Assembly: GCA_964354495.1 (NCBI GenBank)
Contig: CAYHAA010000001.1
Location: 155,975 to 187,974, forward strand
Length of the DNA stretch: 32,000 bases
Source: an uncultured archaeon
GTDB taxonomy: Archaea; Asgardarchaeota; Thorarchaeia; Thorarchaeales; Thorarchaeaceae
Direction of reading: 5' to 3'
The notes below the pieces were generated by a model, which worked only from the letters and a program-made list of their open reading frames with translations, ran no database searches and had not been told where the DNA came from. The position numbers and the translations under genes are program-made. Within the stretch, counting starts at the first letter, position 1, and every line of letters starts with the position of its first letter. Below are positions 26,814 to 32,000 of this stretch, piece by piece.

Positions 26814-27728
26814 ATGGTTCCTCGCAGCGAACTAGATATCTTCCATGTCGACGCTTTCACAGACACTCCTTTTGGAGGCAATCCTGCTTCAGTCGTTATG
26901 GGTGCCGATCGTCTGGACGACGAAATGCTCTCCAAAATCGCTCGCGAGATGAACACACGTGAAACAGTCTTTGTCATGAAATCCGATAAGGCGAATTTCT
27001 GTTTCAGGTATATGACCCCGAAGAGCGAGATAGACTTCTCAGGTCATCCCACTATTGCTGCATTTCATGCACTAATCCGGGAAGGGCTGATTGAAACAGC
27101 AAAGGATGTCACAATGATCAGTCTCGAAACACGAGCTGGAATTCTGAATGTGGAGATAGTGAAAAACGAATCAGCTGGCAGACATGAGATTCAGATTACC
27201 CACAAGAACCCAGTCTTCCTGAGGAGCTATGATCCGAAAGAGTATCTCAAAGCTTTGGGTCTTACACTTGCAGATTATCATTCACCACATCCAATCCAAA
27301 CGGTAAGCACTGGAACTCCGCACCTCATTATGCCTGTATCTACGATGAGAGCACTCGACCGAGCGAAACCAGACTGGGACAAGCTCAAGACGCTCCAGAA
27401 GAATTCTGATTATGTTTCTTTGAGCGTCTTCACTAGGGAAACGAGAGCCCCCACATCAGATGCCCAGGTTCGGACCTTTGCACCTGCTCTTGGAGTATAT
27501 GAAGACCCAGTATCTGGTTCTGGAGCTGGTAGTCTTGGCTGCTACCTCATCCGCTATGGTCTTATGGAGCCCACTCGTCCAGTGACCAGCATCGTCATTG
27601 AGCAAGGTCATCATGTGGGACGCCCGGGCAGAATCTTCGTTGAAGTTCGAGGCGACAGGGAAAACGTTGAACAAGTCAAGGTCAGTGGTACTGGCGTACT
27701 CGTCTTCAAGGGGAAGCTCTTCTATTAG
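26814..27728 (+). CDS. PhzF family isomerase/epimerase (DAP-epimerase fold)
   Basis: HVDAFTDTPFGGNPASVV, RETVFV, EIDFSGHPTIA, STGTPHL, RTFAPALGVYEDPVSGSG and IEQGHHVGRPG. Confidence 0.93.
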   Translation: MVPRSELDIFHVDAFTDTPFGGNPASVVMGADRLDDEMLSKIAREMNTRETVFVMKSDKANFCFRYMTPKSEIDFSGHPTIAAFHALIREGLIETAKDVTMISLETRAGILNVEIVKNESAGRHEIQITHKNPVFLRSYDPKEYLKALGLTLADYHSPHPIQTVSTGTPHLIMPVSTMRALDRAKPDWDKLKTLQKNSDYVSLSVFTRETRAPTSDAQVRTFAPALGVYEDPVSGSGAGSLGCYLIRYGLMEPTRPVTSIVIEQGHHVGRPGRIFVEVRGDRENVEQVKVSGTGVLVFKGKLFY

Positions 27729-27812
27729 ATACTGCATACCCTGCTAGAAAGAGAATTGCTTTCCTCCAAAGGCTTATTTCGCATTCAATATCCGTTCAGG
27801 CAGTGAAACCCG

Positions 27813-29204
27813 ATGCTGGATATAATGGCTAGAGTCATAGAGGAAGTTCCAGAAAAAGCTGTAACCTTCGCTGATATTCGACAAGAATCCCATGCATCTA
27901 CCCAAATCATGGTGAGCAATGGCGATATTCAGAGGTTCAGTCGAGCAACCAAATCAGGTGCCGTAGCGAGAGCTCTTGTGGGTGAGTGCTGGGGTATGTC
28001 TTCTAGCTCTGAACCATTGACATTCGAAACTTGCAGAGACTTGCTCAAAGAAGCCATTAGGAGCGCAAAAGCGAACGCTCGATTCTCACGAAAATTCCTT
28101 GACTTTTCGGGTGTGCAACCTATTGAGCAAACGCTATCGCAGAAATGCAGAATCGATCCAGCCAATGTATCAACAGAGGAGAAGCTGAAATTTGTTATGG
28201 CTCTTGACAAGGCTCAGAAGATTGAAGATCGCATTGTAAATACAAACTCAGTATACAGCGATTCAAAGACTGGATTCCGTCTTGTGAATACAGCAGGATC
28301 TCGGTTAGAGTGGGATGAAGCACGAATCTTGGCCGTAGTTCAGCCTGTCGCTCGAGAGGGAACTCGTATGCACTTCAATTATGAAGTGAAGGGCGGAACA
28401 GCAGGCTACGAATTGGCAGAGTCAATCAGTCCCGAAGAATTCGCTGCTGAATGTGCTAAGGGAGCCATCGAGCTTCTCAGTGCCGAGAAGCCCCCTTCAG
28501 GCTCTATGACCGTCATTGTTGATAGTGACGTTTCTGGACTTATCGCTCACGAGGTCTGTGGTCATGCGAGTGAGGCCGATGAGGTTGTGAAGAAACGTTC
28601 CTTCCTTACTGACATGGTCGGCGTCAAGGTTGGAACCGATTCTGTGACACTGATTGACGACGGTACACTGGAAGGTATCCGTGGCAGCTTTCCTTTCGAT
28701 TCTGAGGGCACACGTTCCTCCCGCACTGTGATCATTGAAAAAGGGATTTTCAGAGGATACATGCATACTCTCGAAACAGCTTCGCTCATGGGTGTTGCGC
28801 CCACAGGAAATGGTCGAGCTCAGGACTATAATCGACGTATCTTCGCGCGGATGACAAATACCTTCTTTGACTCTGGTGACTGGAAGAATGATGAAATCAT
28901 CTCTGACACAAAAGAAGGTCTGTATGTTGAGAAATCACTGTCTGGAATGGAGGACGTTGTTGGTGGCGGCGTGCAATGCTCAGTACTCAAAGGCTACATT
29001 GTCAAGAACGGTGAGATTACACAGCTGGTTCGCAGCATGACCTTGGCAGGAAAAGTGCTGAACATACTGAAGACAGTTGATGCTGTCGGAGACAAACTCA
29101 CTTTCTCAGGTGGTGGTACTTGCGGGAAGGGCGAGGAAGACTTCATCCCTGCAGCCACCGGTGGTCCCATAATGAGAGCACAGATGATGGTTGGAGGTGG
29201 GTAG
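27813..29204 (+). CDS. tldD: TldD metalloprotease subunit
   Basis: AHEVCGHASEAD (HExxGH), FDSEG, GNGRAQDY, RMTNTF and C-terminal TCGKG...GGP. Confidence 0.93.
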   Translation: MLDIMARVIEEVPEKAVTFADIRQESHASTQIMVSNGDIQRFSRATKSGAVARALVGECWGMSSSSEPLTFETCRDLLKEAIRSAKANARFSRKFLDFSGVQPIEQTLSQKCRIDPANVSTEEKLKFVMALDKAQKIEDRIVNTNSVYSDSKTGFRLVNTAGSRLEWDEARILAVVQPVAREGTRMHFNYEVKGGTAGYELAESISPEEFAAECAKGAIELLSAEKPPSGSMTVIVDSDVSGLIAHEVCGHASEADEVVKKRSFLTDMVGVKVGTDSVTLIDDGTLEGIRGSFPFDSEGTRSSRTVIIEKGIFRGYMHTLETASLMGVAPTGNGRAQDYNRRIFARMTNTFFDSGDWKNDEIISDTKEGLYVEKSLSGMEDVVGGGVQCSVLKGYIVKNGEITQLVRSMTLAGKVLNILKTVDAVGDKLTFSGGGTCGKGEEDFIPAATGGPIMRAQMMVGGG

Positions 29205-29205
29205 A

Positions 29206-30567
29206 ATGAGGATTGCTGATATGGCTGAAAAGATAGTTGCACAAGCAGAAAAGAGTGGTGCAACACAGGCTGAGGTCTATGCAATAACGGTAAAGACATC
29301 CAGCACGTACATTGATGACAATATCCCAAAAATCGGAGGATCTATGATTGAATCTGGTATTGGCCTGAAGTTTGTTATAGGAAAGCGGATAGGCTTTACC
29401 AGTTCTACTCTGGCTCAAGAAGCTCCTGAGGATGTCGTCGAACGAGCCAAGTCGCTTGCTCGAGTGAGTAATGCAGATGATAAGTTCGTTTCATTACCCG
29501 CACCAAAGAAGGTATCCGGTTCTCCTAGTAGATTCCATGATAAGGACACAGCAGCAGCGGATAGTACGGTTCTGATGGAGAAATCAATGGAGGTTGTCAA
29601 GGGTGCATCAGCCAAGAACGTCACGGTACCAAATGGGTCCCTTAGAACTAGCTCTTTCCAATACCATGTTTTCAACTCGCTTGGAATTGATGTAGGTTCC
29701 AAGGGAACCATAGCGTTCGGATTCTTCACTGCCAAGTCTAAGAACAAAGATGGCGTAGGAGAAGGTGTTCAACGCTGCTGGAGTCGGGAAATTGGCTCCA
29801 TTGATTTCCATGGAATGGGAGAGCAGATGAAATCACAGGCACTGAGTGTACTCAAGGCCAGACCTTTCACAGAGAAATGGGAAGATGCCATTGCAGTTCT
29901 TGCTCCGAGCGAAGGGACTGAAATGATATACAGTCTGGTGGGTTTTGCGGCATCAGGAGAGAATGTCAACAAGAGATCCAGTCCTTGGGCAGATAAGATT
30001 GGTGAGAGAGTGGCAAGCGAAAACCTAAGCATAGTGGATAATGGCCTCTCGAAGAGAGGTCTTCTTAGTGGTATTGTAGACGATGAAGGAGTCCCAACAC
30101 AGAAGACCACTGTTCTTGAGAAAGGCATTCTGAGATCATATCTCTTTGACAGCTACAACGCCTACCAACTGGAGATGGCATCAACTGGAAATGGAATGCG
30201 TAGAACCGCCCGTGAGCTTGCAGGTAGATTCTCGTTTCCTGCAGAGTGTCATGCAACAACAATGGAAGTGAAGCCAGGTTCCAAGTCAGTTGAAGACATC
30301 ATTGGCGAAGTAAAGCGAGGTGTCTATATCGAGCACTTTGCATACCCACTTGTCGACCCATTGTCAGGCACATTCTCAAATGAGATACGAAATGGTCGAG
30401 TGATTGAGAATGGCGAATTAGGTAGCCCTATCAAGTATGCATTATGGGTCGGGAACCTCTACGAAACAATCAAAGGGAATCTTCTCATTGCAGACAATCC
30501 AGAAGTCCATGATAGGAGAGTAATGCCAACTATTGCTTTCCCCAACACTGAAATCGTCGGACAATAG
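29206..30567 (+). CDS. pmbA: PmbA/TldE subunit
   Basis: TldD/PmbA fold lacking HExxGH, with DDEGVP, GILRSYL, STGNG and SGTFS. ATG 29206 lies 1 nt after the tldD stop. Confidence 0.9.
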   Translation: MRIADMAEKIVAQAEKSGATQAEVYAITVKTSSTYIDDNIPKIGGSMIESGIGLKFVIGKRIGFTSSTLAQEAPEDVVERAKSLARVSNADDKFVSLPAPKKVSGSPSRFHDKDTAAADSTVLMEKSMEVVKGASAKNVTVPNGSLRTSSFQYHVFNSLGIDVGSKGTIAFGFFTAKSKNKDGVGEGVQRCWSREIGSIDFHGMGEQMKSQALSVLKARPFTEKWEDAIAVLAPSEGTEMIYSLVGFAASGENVNKRSSPWADKIGERVASENLSIVDNGLSKRGLLSGIVDDEGVPTQKTTVLEKGILRSYLFDSYNAYQLEMASTGNGMRRTARELAGRFSFPAECHATTMEVKPGSKSVEDIIGEVKRGVYIEHFAYPLVDPLSGTFSNEIRNGRVIENGELGSPIKYALWVGNLYETIKGNLLIADNPEVHDRRVMPTIAFPNTEIVGQ

Positions 30568-30611
30568 AAGCAGTGTCCAGGGAAACTAGCGACCTGAACT
30601 CGAACTTCACT

Positions 30612-30676
30612 GGCATCGCTAAACTCCAAACAAATGTTCGACGAATTCAGAAATGCTAAAAAGGAGCAGCGATGCC
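30612..30676 (+). repeat. Inverted repeat / long stem-loop in the pmbA-idsA spacer
   Basis: GGCATCGCT (30612-30620) and AGCGATGCC (30668-30676) are perfect reverse complements. The stem continues with CTCC (30624-30627) and GGAG (30663-30666). Confidence 0.6.
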
Positions 30677-30708
30677 CAACCTGACATCCGAATCTGGAGC
30701 GAATCCAC

Positions 30709-31788
30709 GTGGCATTTGAAGAAATCATCAAGAGTGAACTTGCTGCTGTGAATGGAGCACTGACGAACTTTCTCGATAGCAGAATCGAGAAGGCAAAGAA
30801 AATCGGCCCCGCCCATGTCCAGTATTATGAGTTCATCAAGGAGTACATGATGCGGGGCGGCAAACGGTTCAGGCCTATTGCAGTTGTTATCGCATACAAG
30901 TCAATAGGTGGCGACGTCACTCCAGAGAGCTATTATCGTGCTTCCTGTTCTGTTGAAATACTGCACAATGCATCTCTTCTTCATGATGACCTAATCGATC
31001 ATGATGAGACCCGACGTGGCGGACCAACCTTCCATGCACGATATCGGGAATGGTACAAGAAGAGCGTGTTTCCCAATCCAGAGAAAGCCATTCATTTCGG
31101 AATGAGCGCTGCAATCCTCGGAGGAGATACACTCATGAATCTGGGTGCAATCGCAATCTCTGAATCGAATTTGGAGCCGGACATTGGAATAGCGTGCCTC
31201 GGATACTACCAGAAGAGCTTTGATGAGCTTGTTGAGGGAGTCCTGCTTGAGATGACAATGATAGAGGACCCAAGGGCTACAACTGAGATGTACCTCAACA
31301 TGATACGGATGAAGACCGCAGTTCTTCTTGAGAAGTCCCTACTGATGGGTGGAGCCATGGCTAGAGGATCAGAGTCCCAGATGAAAGCACTGAGTGAATA
31401 TGGTGTCAAAGTAGGGCAAGCATTTCAGATACAAGACGACATCTTGGGTACCTTTGGAGAAGAATCAGTCACAGGAAAAGCCACTGATGGCGACATTCGT
31501 GAGGGTAAGAAGACCATGCTTGTGATCGAAGCACTACGACTATGTAATAAAGCCCAGAAGAAGACACTGGAAAAACTACTTGGAAACGATCAGGTCACGG
31601 CTGAGCAGGTCGAAGATATCCGAACGATATTTCGTGAGTCTGCTGCTCTTGATTCTGCAGAAAAAACAATGAATCGACTTCTTCGTGAAGGGCAAGTCGC
31701 TCTTGATAAGGCAAAGCCCCCTCTTAAAGAGCCCTACAAGAAGTTCCTACTCGATATGTCAGAGTTCCTAGTGAGGCGTAACTACTGA
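30709..31788 (+). CDS. idsA: Polyprenyl diphosphate synthase, probably geranylgeranyl diphosphate synthase
   Basis: RGGKRFRP, first aspartate-rich motif HNASLLHDDLIDHDETRRG, MKTA, second motif FQIQDDILG and DIREGKKT. GTG start. Confidence 0.9.
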   Translation: MAFEEIIKSELAAVNGALTNFLDSRIEKAKKIGPAHVQYYEFIKEYMMRGGKRFRPIAVVIAYKSIGGDVTPESYYRASCSVEILHNASLLHDDLIDHDETRRGGPTFHARYREWYKKSVFPNPEKAIHFGMSAAILGGDTLMNLGAIAISESNLEPDIGIACLGYYQKSFDELVEGVLLEMTMIEDPRATTEMYLNMIRMKTAVLLEKSLLMGGAMARGSESQMKALSEYGVKVGQAFQIQDDILGTFGEESVTGKATDGDIREGKKTMLVIEALRLCNKAQKKTLEKLLGNDQVTAEQVEDIRTIFRESAALDSAEKTMNRLLREGQVALDKAKPPLKEPYKKFLLDMSEFLVRRNY

Positions 31789-32000
31789 GGCGGATAGGCT
31801 CTGTGCCCAGATTCGATTACACGAAGGCTGAGCAGGAGAACTTCCTCTCCTTTGGAATCCAAAATGTTCTCCATGTCCTTGTAGACACTTGGAATACGGT
31901 CGTGTACATATCTCAGGAATTTCTCTTTTGATTCTGCAAGTGCTCTCTGCATGGCCTCAACATGATCAATCAGTTTGGGTTCCCCTATTCTCCGCTTCAT
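31782..32000 (-). CDS. 3' end of a hypothetical protein that probably starts beyond the window edge
   Basis: The frame is open from the window edge to TGA at 31782, converging on and overlapping idsA by 7 nt. No family recognised in 72 aa. Confidence 0.55.
   Translation of the reverse strand: MKRRIGEPKLIDHVEAMQRALAESKEKFLRYVHDRIPSVYKDMENILDSKGEEVLLLSLRVIESGHRAYPPQ

Noticed and set aside
23275-30567. Radical SAM + TldD/E + PhzF read as a RiPP or phenazine biosynthetic cluster
   Set aside because: The radical SAM protein matches the Tes lipid synthase pattern, and there is no YcaO, RRE, SPASM maturase, exporter or other phz gene.
1-32000. The many 60-140 aa ORFs in the track that overlap the long genes, and any CRISPR, IS or rRNA
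   Set aside because: The short ORFs lie antisense or out of frame within well-supported genes and lack motifs. I saw no regularly spaced repeats, transposase motifs or rRNA-like sequence.

Overview
Intact, gene-dense archaeal chromosome segment. It most likely comes from an Asgard archaeon, probably Thorarchaeia; this is inferred from gene content, not from a phylogeny. The indicators are archaeal pantoate kinase and phosphopantothenate synthetase, a Tes-type radical SAM enzyme, a stand-alone divergent EF-2, a roadblock protein and an MglA-like GTPase. The window holds about 25 CDSs, one tRNA-Gln(CUG) and several structured intergenic spacers. Housekeeping content: a CoA biosynthesis cluster (coaBC, PoK, PPS, panE), ileS, tes, a GGPP-synthase-like prenyltransferase and tldD/pmbA. 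The most unusual items are (i) a 1270-aa membrane-anchored surface protein combining Firmicutes-type cell-wall-binding-2-like repeats with an apparently intact gingipain/C25 His-Cys protease domain, (ii) an EF-2 paralog with an altered diphthamide loop behind a hairpin- and uORF-rich leader, (iii) a tRNA-Gln with C instead of the near-universal U33, (iv) an MglA-like GTPase with a ~105-aa N-terminal extension and (v) an unassigned gene inside the CoA cluster. I saw no transposase, integrase, CRISPR array or rRNA. All family calls come from motif recognition by eye; no searches were run.
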